Shown here: positions 51,449 to 64,000 of the stretch, piece by piece
Numbering within the stretch: the stretch's first letter is position 1
How the letters are laid out: each line of letters starts with the position of its first letter
NCBI GenBank assembly: GCA_051294905.1
Contig: CM119373.1
Span: 22,134,001-22,198,000, forward strand
Reading direction: 5' to 3'
Origin: Botryllus schlosseri
Lineage: Eukaryota
Length of the DNA: 64,000 bases
The notes under the pieces: model-generated
The model's input: only the letters and a program-made list of their open reading frames with translations
Databases searched by the model: none
Told to the model about the DNA's origin: nothing
Program-made: the position numbers and the translations under genes

Positions 51449-51588
51449 CGTGGCGGCCAAAGAGTTCATGCCCATGGCGTAGCTGCTTTCACCTTTCCTG
51501 TGTCGGTCATTGTGGTTTTTCACTATTTTGAGATTCTCGCGCCACGTCTTGAAGCGCCGGGAATCCTCGTCGTCTGAATATGTCTTAC
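51449..51588 (-). CDS. CTSL: Cathepsin L-like exon 2 (I29 propeptide, ERFNIN-like motif)
   Basis: EDSRRFKTWRENLKIVKNHN fits ExxxRxxxF/WxxNxxxIxxxN; acceptor GTCGCAG, donor GTAAGC. Confidence 0.95.
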
Positions 51589-51930
51589 CTGCGACGAATG
51601 TGGAAAGTTTAATGTATTTTTGCGCGTTCTCAGACTTATTTTGAGAGGTGCGACCAGTGGCGTCCGGTCCATGCGTGTTTAAGCTGACGAGAAAACATAG
51701 TTGACGTGTTGCCATCGATTACAGGATGCAATACACTAGGTGAAACTTCATTCATCTAAAATAGCTTAACGCTTTGTGTAACGATTTATGTTTGACTTTT
51801 TTTTAACCTATTTTGTGGCACTTCATCCTCACTAAGCTCAAAATAATCGGCTGACGAATAGGTATCGGCATTACAAGTGACTGTATGGACGGGGCCAGCT
51901 TCATGCTTCGTGCTATGATATATATATATA

Positions 51931-52544
51931 TTAGGGCTGTTCAAAAAAACTTTTTTTCGTGAATCTTACTGGCTAGGGGATTAAATCGTTCGGTTGCCTT
52001 AAAAAACGACGCACACCAAATTTGAATTCATTCCAACCGATAATCGTGGATTTCGTACGGTTTGAAAATTTTGAATTTACATAAGAATGCAAAAAAAATA
52101 AATTCAAATTTATCTGTCAACCCCATGAAATTGTCTTCAAAAACGATGCAAAACAAATTTGACTCAATTCCAGCCCGTCAAAGTGGAGTTATTAGAGTTT
52201 TTCTCTGATAGTTCTGGAATTATCCTTGATCGGTAGATAATCAAAGAATTATCATCGAAAAACTCAAATAACTCCGCTTCTGCGGGTTGGAATTGACTCA
52301 AATTTGTTTTGCATCGTTTTCGATGACAGCGCAAAAATTTCATGGGGCTGACAGATAAATTTGGGAAATTCTTTTTCTTTTGGCATTTTTGGGTGAATTC
52401 AAAATTTTCAAACTGTACGAAATCCGCGATTATCAGTTGGAATGAATTCAAATTTGGTGTGCGTCGTTTTTTAAGGCAACCGAACGATTTAATCACCTAG
52501 CCAGCAAGATTCACGAAAAAAAGTTTTTTTTTAAACAGATTTAA
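51931..52544. mobile_element. Foldback (near-palindromic) MITE, Harbinger-like
   Basis: Left arm of roughly 270 bp is the reverse complement of the right arm; begins TTA|GGGCTG, which suggests a TTA target. Confidence 0.75.
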
Positions 52545-54826
52545 TATACATATTACCTTCATCCAGATTAAGCTCAGAATAATCAGTCCTCACCAATAGG
52601 TATCGTCAGTTCGAGCGGCTGATTCGAAGTCGCTAGCTTTGTGTGTGTTGTCTAATGATATACATGTGACTTTATGAAACCTTACCAATGCACTTATTAC
52701 TACTTAACCTCAAAATAATTAGCTCACGAAATGATATCGGTGAGGCTATGATCCCACGTCGATTCGAATCATGTTTGACACCGTCCGATCTAATCATCTT
52801 GTAGAATCAGAAGATTCGAAACGAACAAATAAGCATGATCATATTGTGTGTTTTTGTATCTTCTTATAGGGACAATAGATTTGGACTAGCAGCTCCGAAT
52901 AAACGTACATTTTCCCCTCAAATTTGAAGCGACAACGCAGATACAATCACATAGAAGACAGCCTGTGTGTACACTGCCAGAATTCATTCCAAAGACAGGA
53001 AATTTAGAAGTAAATAACACCGGTATTTTATTACAGTTATTAAAGAATCTTTAAGTTTATAGTTGAGCTTCCATTCAGAGCGTGGATTTTAAAGTGCGAT
53101 TCGAATTGGTTCTTAGTCGATTATGGCTGTGATAGACGTAGCATTAAAGTGAGCAGCGATTTATCCCTATCCGTAGGGCATTTATACTTTGCATACGCCC
53201 GAATGAACTGTGCAAGAACCTGAAAATGGTCATGATCTGCATCTCAAGAGACGGGGCAGTAATGAGTTGTACGCTATGAACTCAAGTGACAACATATTGG
53301 TTCGAAAGCAGTCGACCAAATGTTGGACATTTGGCAGATATGGAACTCCTGTGATCATACGCCTTAAAATACATTTCAACCATTACATGTCCATTCCTAG
53401 TAACTCGTGGTTCAAGTTTGGAAACGAAATATTTGTATTGGTACACGTTAGAATATAGCAGTATCTCGCAATTTAAACTATATGTCGAGCTTATTGCGTC
53501 GGTGCAACCATCTAGGAAGATAGTTATATGCGTACGAAGTGTACGTGGCTGTTATTGAGACGTTTTAATCTAAGTCTTTATATAAACTGCCAATGAACAT
53601 GATGGGAATTCAAAGTCTTGTTATTTTAAATAATATATGTTCGTAGTAATCGCCCACGTAAAAGCATGTGGGATTTCTTTCAATAGGCTCGATAAGCCGA
53701 ACCATGCTTAAATAGCCATGCGAGTGATTCCAGGTCCCAGACAGGATATTCTACGTCCACATTCCTACAACGAATAACGATTCTGTTCTAAGTAATATTT
53801 TTGTTATAAGATGTGTTCATTGGTCATAGTATTCGCTGACATGATGGCGTGGCGAATCTCATAGGCTTGGGACACGGTACAATCTTAACACCACCGTGAG
53901 TGTTTCTAACTTCCACTACCTAGCTCACATGAAATGCTATAATACAATCAATTTTTCCGTCGCTTTGCCAACAATTTCGTCGAGGACTTGCAAGGGAATA
54001 TAAGTTTATGCCTTAACGATCCAGGCCAGATCGGACAATATTCCGCGGCTGACTATAGCTACATTGACATTGCATAGAGTGTAAAACGGATTTCTATACT
54101 TGCTGTTATGTCGTGCAATTTACGTTGGTATCGTTTGTTTCTTATTTGTCTAGGATTAGTAATTACCGCCAATCATTATTTCCTCGTGCGTCGTGTTTTG
54201 TATTTATACCCTGCGTTCTGTTGTCTGCTGATCTTTCGTTTAACTGCTCTCTGGAACGTGTCGCCTGTCTTGAAGTTATTATACTGATTTCATATTGCAG
54301 CCTCGTCGTATGAGTTATTGTTCAAACAAGATCAAGAACATAACGTTTGGTGTCATAAGCGGGATTCAAACCCACGCCTCCATTATACCGATATCAGCCC
54401 ATAAACAAGTTCTACGGTAGCCAACACCCAAATTGCTCGGATTTATTTTTTTATGATACAATAAACATATCAAATCAAGTTGGATCCCGTACGCCTGGTA
54501 CATTTTTTACATTAGACAACGCTGTATTATTTAGATCAATTTCACTGGTTGTTTGAATAAGCATTACTCGCTGACTTCTCACATGTAGCGTATTTCTTGA
54601 TGTTGTGTTATTGCGAGTCAAGCTCAGTAGGGAAGCTGAATATTTTGATCGAACTTTTGTAACAAAGCAAGTAAAATTTCGAGATTGGCAAGGCAGCTCG
54701 TTTAGTGTGGATTTTTCTATGCGGCCGGCACCATGAATAGATTGGTCCAAAGTAGAAATGCGAAGAATTTCAACCAAAGATGTTATATTGACAGGAAAAA
54801 TTGGAATGTATGAATAAGGTTTACAG

Positions 54827-56059
54827 TAGGGATGGTGTGAACGTGAGGTTCACGTTCGCGTTCCGTGTGTGAACCTCGGAAATTTACGTTCACGTTCACA
54901 AACGAACCTTTTTCATATATTACAATTTTCACATCATTATAACATCTTTTGTTGAAATTGACTGCATTTCAACTGCGGGCCACTCTATGCATGGCGTTGG
55001 CAGCATAAAAAATCAACAATAAACGAGCATGCACCTTGACAATCTCAAAAATTTTACTTACTTTGTTACAAAAGTTTGCTCGAAATATTATGCTTTGCGT
55101 CTGTGAATATTTAGTGACCCTCTGCTATGAGCTTGACCTGCAATCACATAACACCAAGGGCAAAATGCGCTATACATGTAGGTGTAGTCAGCGAAGGATG
55201 CTCATTCAACCAATCAATGAAAATGATATCGTTGTCAGATGTAAAAAATGTGGCAAGCGTGCGGGCTCCTTCTCGATTTCATATGGTTATTGTATTATAA
55301 AAACCAAATCCGTGCGATTTGAGTGTTGGCTACTGCTGTATAACTATTGTTGATGGGGTAATGTCGGTAGTTAGTATAAAAACCCGTTTTATACTCTGCT
55401 CAATATCAACGCAGCAACACTCAGACGCCGAATACATTATCCGGTCTGGCCTAGATCGCTAAGGCGAAATTGTTGGCAAAGCGACGGAGGATATTGATTT
55501 TATGGGATTATTATATCATTTGATTGCCCCAGTCGATACATTTGGCGACGTTTAAGCAGTCAGTATGTACTGGAGCATTATGGCAGTATGTAGCCCGAAT
55601 CGTCGCTAGCTATCGTGTACATTAATATACGTGGCGAGATAGCGCAGTGGTGTAATCCGCGGCTGCGACACCAATGGGGGCGGGTTCGAGTACGACCGAG
55701 GTCGACTTCTGAATCCCGATACCTAAGTATTGGAGGTTTACCTAGGCTCCTCCTCGCCACCTCATCCGCGTCAGCGGTGTCTTACAAAAAGCCTAGAGGT
55801 GGGCCGTGCTATAAGTCGGCAGTTACGGGAAATAAAAAGAATATAGGCCTGGTGTAAATGACAATAGTAGTCGACAAACACCATGAATACCCAAAACAAA
55901 CAAACATTAATATACATCACTTCACGGAAATTTAGGGTTGGAATTAATACTATGACGACACGTGACGTCATGGCGTTCACGTTCGCGTTCACACCGAACC
56001 TTTCAAAAAGGTTCGTGATCCAACGAACCTGAACCTTTCAGAGGTTCACACCATCCCTA
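54827..56059 (+). mobile_element. hAT MITE, TAGGGATGGTGTGAAC family
   Basis: Perfect TIRs; TSD GTTTACAG (54819-54826, 56060-56067). Confidence 0.93.
55631..55903 (+). mobile_element. tRNA-derived SINE nested in the MITE
   Basis: A and B boxes; (CAAA)n tail; 12-bp TSD ACATTAATATAC (55619-55630, 55904-55915). Confidence 0.9.
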
Positions 56060-56282
56060 GTTTACAGTGCAGGACCTACCAAAGTCCATTTGTGAACGTG
56101 AACCTCTAACTTTATGAGGTTCACACACAGATTGCTCAAGGTACCGTACTTATACTTGTAAATGACGTTTGTGAACTCATTGAAGGTCCGAACCGCAAAG
56201 AAATATAGCCCAGCTGGATATACTATAAGACACGTTTGTGAACACCTGATGGTCATTGCAACGGGATAAATAAGGTACACGT

Positions 56283-56834
56283 CAGGGTTGTAATGACTCG
56301 AGTCATGAATCGACTTGACGCGAGTCATTTTCTAAAAATACAGAAATGACTCGACTCGACTCGAGTCAATCTGTGTTTTGACTCGACTTGTACTCGAGTC
56401 ACTGCGCATGACTCGAACCAAGTCATATGACTCGAGACTCAGACGGGCAAGACCGATATTACACTGCAATTTCGAAGAATAGTAAAGTAACCACACTATT
56501 GGGATTTCGTCTATTGGTACCGGCACTTGTGAATGCGACCAGAAACTGCTAACATTGATGAAAATTAGTATGTTATAAATGCGAACCATTCGATATCACC
56601 AAACAGAGTTATAAAAAGTGGGTTTAACAAGACTTTAACTGGAAACTGATCAGTCAACACATTGGCTTGGACTCGTATCATAAAACCATGACTCGGACTT
56701 GACCCTCTGCTCGCTGACTTGGACTCGGACTTGACTCTGTGGTGAATTAAAAATAACTCGTCTTGAGTCGAGTCAAAACTATAAAAGTGAGATTTACTTG
56801 TGACTCGGAGCCTTGTGACGTGGTTACAACCCTG
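56283..56834. mobile_element. 552-bp hAT MITE, compact relative of the element inside the Kelch gene (opposite orientation)
   Basis: TIRs CAGGGTTGTAA / TTACAACCCTG; TSD GTACACGT (56275-56282, 56835-56842). Confidence 0.94.
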
Positions 56835-57780
56835 GTACACGTATTGAAACGATTTTCAGGTCACACCCGTATGAGGCGTTACAGTCGTTGTCGTTGTTTG
56901 TGGTATTCATGGTGGTTTTCGACCGAATTGGTCATTTACACCAAGCCTATATTCTTAATTGTTATTGCGTAGCAGCCGACTTGTAGCACTGCGCACTTAT
57001 AAGCTTTTTTTTTAAAGATATCACTTTCGCGGATCAGATGGCGAGGAGGAGCCGAGATAAACCTCTAACAGTTGATAAGGTTTACAAGAATCGACCACAG
57101 TCGGGCTTGCATGCCCAACCTATTAGCAAGGCAGCCGTGGATCATACGATCCATACCACTACCCTATCTCGTCACACGGCGGCGTGGTCATTGCATAGGC
57201 CTATTCCTTCACGCCACAGACTTTGAAGTAGCCTATATATAATCCAGAATCTCACATGTACAGATGACCGCTATCGAACAAGCAAATCAGTCGTGGGAAG
57301 GTGTTTTAGGTTTTGGTTTTATGTTCAAAACCATTATAACTTGTATTACAATAGATGATGACCAATTGACCTGACCATGCTGCTGCAGTCCACGAAGAAT
57401 GGTCAGTTTCTTGCAAGTCACTTTATATCACGATCACTGTGTAAAATTGGAATGCGAGTGTGTCTCGCATTTGAAATCTACATGCCGCTGAGCGAAATTA
57501 AATTTCTTGCCGATTCATTTGTAGTCAATTTCTTTCCCTCATCACACACGGAAGTCGCGACCTTATTATTGCATTTCAAGTCGTGAGAATTCGATACTTC
57601 TAATGTGATATTTGCCGAATCAATCTTTGCCGTGGCTATTATAAGCACCGCGGTTCTTCGAATTTCAATTATTGGAATAGTTCTATTCTCTATTGCTGTT
57701 GAGGAGTGAAGCGAATTCAGCCAATACGTCATCAGTATATACGCAAGCCGGGAAACTGAAAAAGGTCAGTTTCCTGCGTA

Positions 57781-59740
57781 TAGGGTTCTGGTTTAAATCA
57801 GGTTTTTTCGTTGATTTTTGATTTTAATTTCGCCATTTTGATTTTATTGATTTTTTTTTTATTTTTTCAAATTTTCTGACGAGAATCGTGAATGTGGTTT
57901 ATTATCGGACAATCATGTGCGTTTTATATGAACCGGACGTAGTATTTCGTCACCGGCACCGTTATGGTTCAGCTATTTGACAGACAGGTGGGAAAAGAGC
58001 AAAGAGCGGTAGTCAATCAATATGTTAGTGCTTTTGCTGTGGATAGTTAGTTTTCTACGAGATGTTGCTGCTATTTCCGAGGCACTGGTGGGATACCGAA
58101 AAGGAAGCGCAATCCAGAGTCTCTATCGAAAGATTCCCTCATCTCTGATGCCTAAGCGTTGCAAAAAGCAGTTTGCAGTTATTGCGGGCTGGAACGATTG
58201 GCCAACTAGCTGTGAGATGTGAACACAAGTTCAAGTAAAATACCATGTCATTATGTGTGATTCATATTTATGTAGCTGCTTGGATACTGGTTATGGATTA
58301 AAATAGAAAGGAATCTGTGTGTACCGTAAACAGGAACGCATACCGCAAAACAGCATGTCCCTAGATTTATTAGAACATGGGCATGACGTTCGGTGAAAAT
58401 CTCACCCTTGACTCATCCCCTCAAGCTCGATGCTGAGCAATCAAAGGCCATAAATTCTGCCATTGGCAAACATCTATTGGACAATCCCGCTTGTATAAAT
58501 GTTAACCAAAAATATGGTAGCTCGTAAGATTGCCATTTACATTTAATTTTACTTCCGAAAGAGAGAGACAATACGGCACTTGGTTTTTGACTTAAACATG
58601 CATGCTGTGCTCAGAACAAGCATGCTCCAATTACATAGAAAACTGTAAGTAATGATAGCGACATCAAAACATATAGAAAGAAATGATTTAGACAAGTGGT
58701 TTGAAAACTTTTTTTGACTAATCGCATGTCTGAATTTTGCAGCCGTCTCTGGACAATACCTCTGCTGCCCTTTTCTTATCAAGCTGGATGTGGCCCAAGC
58801 TCGAGATTGAAAAGACCATTGCTCTTTGTGCGGACGATAAAGTCTGATGTTGTCAAAGATGCAGCCATAATTTAGTTTCATGGAATCTAGATCTAGGCTT
58901 GGACATGAATCGCAAAACGTTGTTGTTCAAGACCTGGCTAAATGATTATTTTCAAAGATGGAACCAAAATGCAATGATTGGTCTGCTGGTAACCTATAAT
59001 CGAACACTGGTATGGATTGATTATTAGTGTAAAGTTGGTGAGCATAATTGTGTATACTCCACACACACTGAATGTCTCTTATCTGCCCTTGATTTTTAGG
59101 AATTTACGATGCAGAATCGAGTATCTCGGTACCATATCTAATTCATCTGCCAGCATTATTCTGGATGGATCATGCTGGTGTTCTCCAGAACTTTCAAGAC
59201 TCGCCTTTCGTCCGTTGTACATGCTGCATCTTGTGATGGGCATCAGTCATGTGCGGCCGCAACTGCAAACAAGAGTCGTGATTGCCTGCCTGAGGCAAAT
59301 CTTGAAGTAATGCTGCGAGGGAAAGATCACTTCAGGGACTATGGTACTAGCAAAGCAGATAAAGAGTTCAAGAAGATCAACAGTTTGCCGGCAGAGACCA
59401 ATCCATCAATCAAAATAAATTATTATGGTAGGTCCCGAGATAAATCAACATGTTTCCTCGCTACTAGAACAGATCAGTAATGATTCTAACGACCCATCTT
59501 TATCACATAGGTTAAACGTTCTCAGCTATGTGGGTGCTGATACACAGCCACACATTATGAAAGTTTAAGCGTTATCATTCGTCACCTTGATTGACATGTC
59601 ATTCATCCCATTTTCTTTTGTTCGTGTTGTTGTTATTATTGAGTAAAAAAACCAAAAAAATCAAAAAAATCATGATTTGAATTAATTATTCGATTAAAAT
59701 GATTTTAATCAGAGGCAAAATGATTTTAACCGGAACCCTA
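57781..59740 (+). mobile_element. Degenerate hAT element with transposase remnants
   Basis: TIRs TAGGGTTCTGGTTTAAATC / GATTTTAACCGGAACCCTA; TSD CCTGCGTA / CCTGCGCA; C-terminal-like remnant WCSPELSRLAF; nested PLE-like snippet SAIGKHLLDNPAC near 58450. Confidence 0.8.
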
Positions 59741-61490
59741 CCTGCGCAAGCACATGTTACCAGAAAGATAAGTCAAGCGCCGCGGCCGTAAATCTCCAGG
59801 ACAGAGATGACTCATGAATGCGGACCTCATAATACTTTGGTAAGGCGCCGATGGCCACTTCCCAATCAATTTATTTAACACCGGTCGTATTATTGTCTGG
59901 CAAATAAATAAATCAAGAGAACATAAGTCGTCATGTTCTGTTGTGGAAACATTGCGTTAAATTTGGCAATGAATCTCCCGGTTGGGTAGCTCGTATGCTT
60001 TAACGTTGAGATCACTTGATGAATTTGGTATCTCTTCTTCGCATTGTGGCAGATGTTGACTTTAAGAATCGTAAATAAATTCACTAGCGGCATCGTTGTG
60101 ATGTATCCGGCATGAATTTACTGCGATAAGGAGAATTTGGTTGAGAGGCCTAACAAAATCCTGGCGCGAGTCGCGATTTTAGCACACCTGGGTAATTTTT
60201 TGTAAAAATGAGAGGAATGGGATTTGCACGAAAAGGGAAGATTTCAAATAGCATTTAAACAAATTTCTAGCCAAGAATCGGCCAAAAAGAACACGCATTC
60301 GGGAATAACTAGTTTCATACCCTTCAGTTCTGCTATATAAATGTAAAATGTGCTGAGCCCAGGCGAAAATACCCTTACAATCCCAAAGCACCCATCTCCT
60401 ACCCCCCAAAAAATGCAAGATTCCGACCAGGGGATATTCTGCCCGGCTGCGAATCACTTTACTACCTAGTACCTATACTTGGGTATGTTTAAGCCTCACA
60501 TCAATTCTCGAAATACATATGCGCTGAAAAATCTGATGCACCTGCAGTTGGTAAGTGTTGAAGTAGTAAACATGGGTTCTGGATGCTGTAGTCAAAATTT
60601 GTCATGATTTTGAGTATTACGTTTTCAATATTCTATGAAAAGAACTAGTCGTATGACATTTATAGTTATGAATATAAATATATATATATATCAGAAAACA
60701 TGCCTGTATGTTATATGCGAACTCTGAAATAGTCAAAGTATAATCAATTCCCCAAGAAGCAGTGTTTTCGAATTCTAGTAAAGTTTAAATGAGTGCTGCA
60801 TTCCGGTAACGGTTAAAATTACCTAAATTGGAACGATCAATGATCGACTGTGCGCAATCTGCGCATTCACCAAAAGATGCGTTTGCGCATTGACTAGCCG
60901 TGATTGAAAATATGTCTTCCATGTTATTATGGTATGGATGTCAAGCTTATTCCGGTGAATGGTTAGTAGCTTAAAATTATAAGAATGGTGTGGACGTTGT
61001 GTTTAGTTCTGTGTTCGATGTGCGAACCTAATAAATCGGTGGTCCGAAATCGCAAAAGAACCTTGGCAGGCTCTACCCTGTGAACTCTTTTGATAAATAT
61101 GAAAAGCGCAATGTTTTCAACCGAATATCCTGGAATTTCAAGTTCCCATTACCTCACTCGATCCCATATCGTTGCAGTAGGGAACAAAAGTAATAACAAA
61201 ACTTTGATATACCTTGCATTGACAAAAATTATATCGATTCTGGAGAATTTTGCTGGAAGTTTACCGCTATGTAAATGAATTTGCCGGCATATATACGCTG
61301 CCGCTACGTGGTCGATCCGAAACATGGATAGAGTTGCGGGTCCCAAAGTGGCTTGGCTTTCAGAGGGGAGGGGAATTTTGGGGAGACAAGAGAGGCAACC
61401 GTTTGCTTTTTTGAAAAGCTCAAATTATGAGCGATGAATTGCTGATGCTGATATAATAGATGTATTAGAGCATCATAACCTTGAAGTATA

Positions 61491-61665
61491 CGTTTTGTTT
61501 GTTTGTTTGTAGTTTTCATAGTGTTTGTTGACTAAACTATGGTCATTTTCACCTGATAAACCTCCAGCACTTTGGTTGGAGTTCTCAGTCGACCTCGGTC
61601 CGACTCGAATCTGCAAGGCATCGGTGATGCAGCAGTGGATTATACCACTACGCTATTTCACCACT
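61491..61665 (-). mobile_element. Internally deleted copy of the third SINE family
   Basis: Head and tail match 45201-45472; TSD CTTGAAGTATA (61480-61490, 61666-61676). Confidence 0.8.
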
Positions 61666-62886
61666 CTTGAAGTATAAGTATTGCACACACAAACAAAAAG
61701 TGTAATCAGTATAAGTACAACCTGCATTTAAATCTTTTCCCCGCCACCGTAAATGGCGGGTTTTGTTCAGAGTTGGTCAGTAACAAAGTACTTCTACTTT
61801 TTGATCTAGATTGTTTTGATTAGATTTTGCCTACTCACACAACTTTTTAAGTAGTTACGGTTTTAGACTACTTCTACTTCCACTTGACAGTTTTCAGTTT
61901 CGTAGGCAAAAATAAGCGTAGAATACCTACTTACTTACTTACTTACTTGTGAGCCACCACTCCTACTTCTACTTGAGTAGAAATTCCGGCGTCACTTCTA
62001 CTTGTACTTGAGTAGCGACGGTGGCTACTGTGGCCACCTCTGGTTTTGTTCCTTCTATACACGTTGTATGTTTGTGAGGTGTTCCAAGTCGCGACCTGCG
62101 TGTTATTCCTGATTTTCATGTGTTTGGAATCGAATAAACAACCTTGAAAACAAAAAACGAAAGAGTAAAAGTACTTAGATACTGACGACATTTTGCTTTT
62201 AGGGAACGATGGAGATATGTCGAGTTTGATAAGGATGGGATTAGTCAAAAAAGGTTGCGGACCACCGAGTTAAAGTAAGATCGTGAGCCTTTAATCTCCC
62301 ACGCAGGTCAAAAACTAACCCCGTAATATTAAATGCTCACCAATAATTTAATATCAGATCGTGCCAGAAGATTTCACTCCAGTCACCGAGCTCAGGAGTA
62401 TATTTCACAGAAGATGGGGAGTAATCAGGAAGACGAAAATTTGCTTTGTGTGTGAAGTAGCCTCGTGACATCACGTGGCGTGAGATATTATCGTTCACAA
62501 AGAACCTTTAACGATAGAAGTTTCGCGTTTGCACGATTCCGAACCTCTTAGGGGGTTCGCACCATCGCTACTCAGAATGTGTATATAGGATCGAAACGCG
62601 GTCGCCTCGCAATGCTATTGAGGTTATTGACGTAACGTAACTATTCTACAGAGATGCTTATCTAACCACGTACCTGCTATAAATATCAATCATTCAACCA
62701 TTAGGTAGCAATAGTAATGACCTTCTACTCATATAGTCGACGCACTTCCATACCGAACGAATGAGAGGTATTATTAACTCACAACTCGGAAATATAGTGT
62801 GAACTCCAGTTCCTCAGTACTTTTACCTATTACGTGGAAATGAGCCAATCGTTCGGAATCTACACAAAATTTGTTATGACGCTCAC

Positions 62887-62989
62887 CGTATTTCGCTTTC
62901 CAATCCCTCCATTGAGTTCGGATGCTGTCGTCACAGATTGCCGTTTGAAGGAATATGTGGAACACGAGCAGAAAAACAATTGTATGCAT
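62887..62989 (-). CDS. CTSL: Cathepsin L-like exon 1 (signal peptide MHTIVFLLVFHIFLQTAIC and start of propeptide QWRDWKAKY/G)
   Basis: ATG, hydrophobic leader, WxxWKxxYG I29 motif, donor G|GTGAGC in phase 1 matching exon 2. Confidence 0.92.
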
Positions 62990-63269
62990 ATTTCAAAGCT
63001 GTTCGGAGAATGTCGGAAATGCCAAAATGAACTCCGCAATTTAAGATCAATTGACCTGTGTACGATACCTAATAAAGGTGCGTTATTGCCTTGAAATGGG
63101 ATTTTGTTCTGTTTGCGCTGTTGAATGATCCGTTCATATTACCGACGCTTAGTTACTGACGCAAAGCCGTTCCAAGCAATTACAGTGATGTGATTTAGTT
63201 GTGAGGTACATTGGTTCAAATATACTCCGAATCTTTCATCCAAAAATAGTGTTTTACTGTCAACGATTT

Positions 63270-63545
63270 TGAAATAAACCCGAATATTTTTGGCTGACAC
63301 TCGTCAGGGGTAATCGTCAGCAACTAGTAGAGAATTGGAAAGAACATTGTATATCAACAATCGTATCACAAAATAATGTTGGTGACGTCATATTTTGTGA
63401 TACGATTGTTGATATACAATGTTCTTTCCAATTCTCTACTGACGGTTAGCCTTGACGAGTGTCAGCCGAAAATATTCGGGTTTATTTCAATATGAATATA
63501 CTATTCAATTGTATATTGAAGTTCTGTACCTCCAAGAAGCCTGTC
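63270..63545. mobile_element. Inverted pair of Penelope pLTRs with mutated hammerhead cores
   Basis: Minus copy at about 63270-63370 (G12 to A); plus copy at about 63380-63545 (C3 to U). Confidence 0.8.
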
Positions 63546-64000
63546 AACGATTTATTAAGTTCCAGAATTTCATCTAAAGTCCGCTAAAAGATTCGGATAG
63601 CATTAAATCCACGTATCTCTGACTCGAACACTATAGGGAATGAAGCTGGTGTAGAAATCGACGGTCGGGCGAAATAGTTTCATAATTGGACTCCACAGAA
63701 GCATTTTTGGTATTTTATATGTTATGCCGCTGTCTATATAATGTGGCGTAACTCTAGCATGTGGTATAATGCTCGCCGTCAGAAGGTGATCAGAAACGAA
63801 GTATACTTACGAAGTATTCCAGTAGGCTTTTTTCCTATACTTACTCGAATTGTAGATTACATCCACGTCTACGTAACAGTTGTCTTTAGCAAAAATAGGC
63901 CTAGAATAACTGCTTTTCTACATAATTGCAAACCTCTACTTTTATCTCTACTTGATCACCGAAAATGACTATACTTCGACTCGGCCACTCCCGGTTTGTC

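Overview
AT-rich animal genomic DNA with spliceosomal GT-AG introns and dense transposon content. The repeat and gene repertoire resembles an invertebrate deuterostome such as an ascidian, but the species cannot be fixed from sequence alone. Genes assembled by hand: (1) a complete 7-exon, 331-aa cathepsin L-like cysteine protease on the minus strand, spread over about 41 kb (62989 to 21782). Its catalytic Gln/Cys/His/Asn are intact, but both partners of the papain Cys22-Cys63 disulfide are lost. (2) An otherwise intronless BTB-BACK-Kelch gene nested antisense in the 17.9-kb intron 4 of the cathepsin. It is split by a 3.5-kb hAT-type element (11-bp TIRs, 8-bp TSD) whose ends offer a GT...AG pair that would splice it out in frame with a single Leu-to-Gln change, making it a candidate transposon-born intron. 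(3) A 3-exon gene of unknown family (about 405 aa, 19055-20862) with a Cys/His-rich last exon missed by the ORF track, plus its decayed paralog (2903-5357). (4) An orphan signal-peptide/LU-like exon. The remainder is a nested mosaic of hAT MITEs, tRNA-derived SINEs, Penelope-like fragments carrying minimal hammerhead ribozyme motifs, an R4/Dong-like RLE retrotransposon stacked on (TAA)n, and Harbinger-like foldbacks. One MITE family has inserted twice, independently, at the same spot of the same SINE family.
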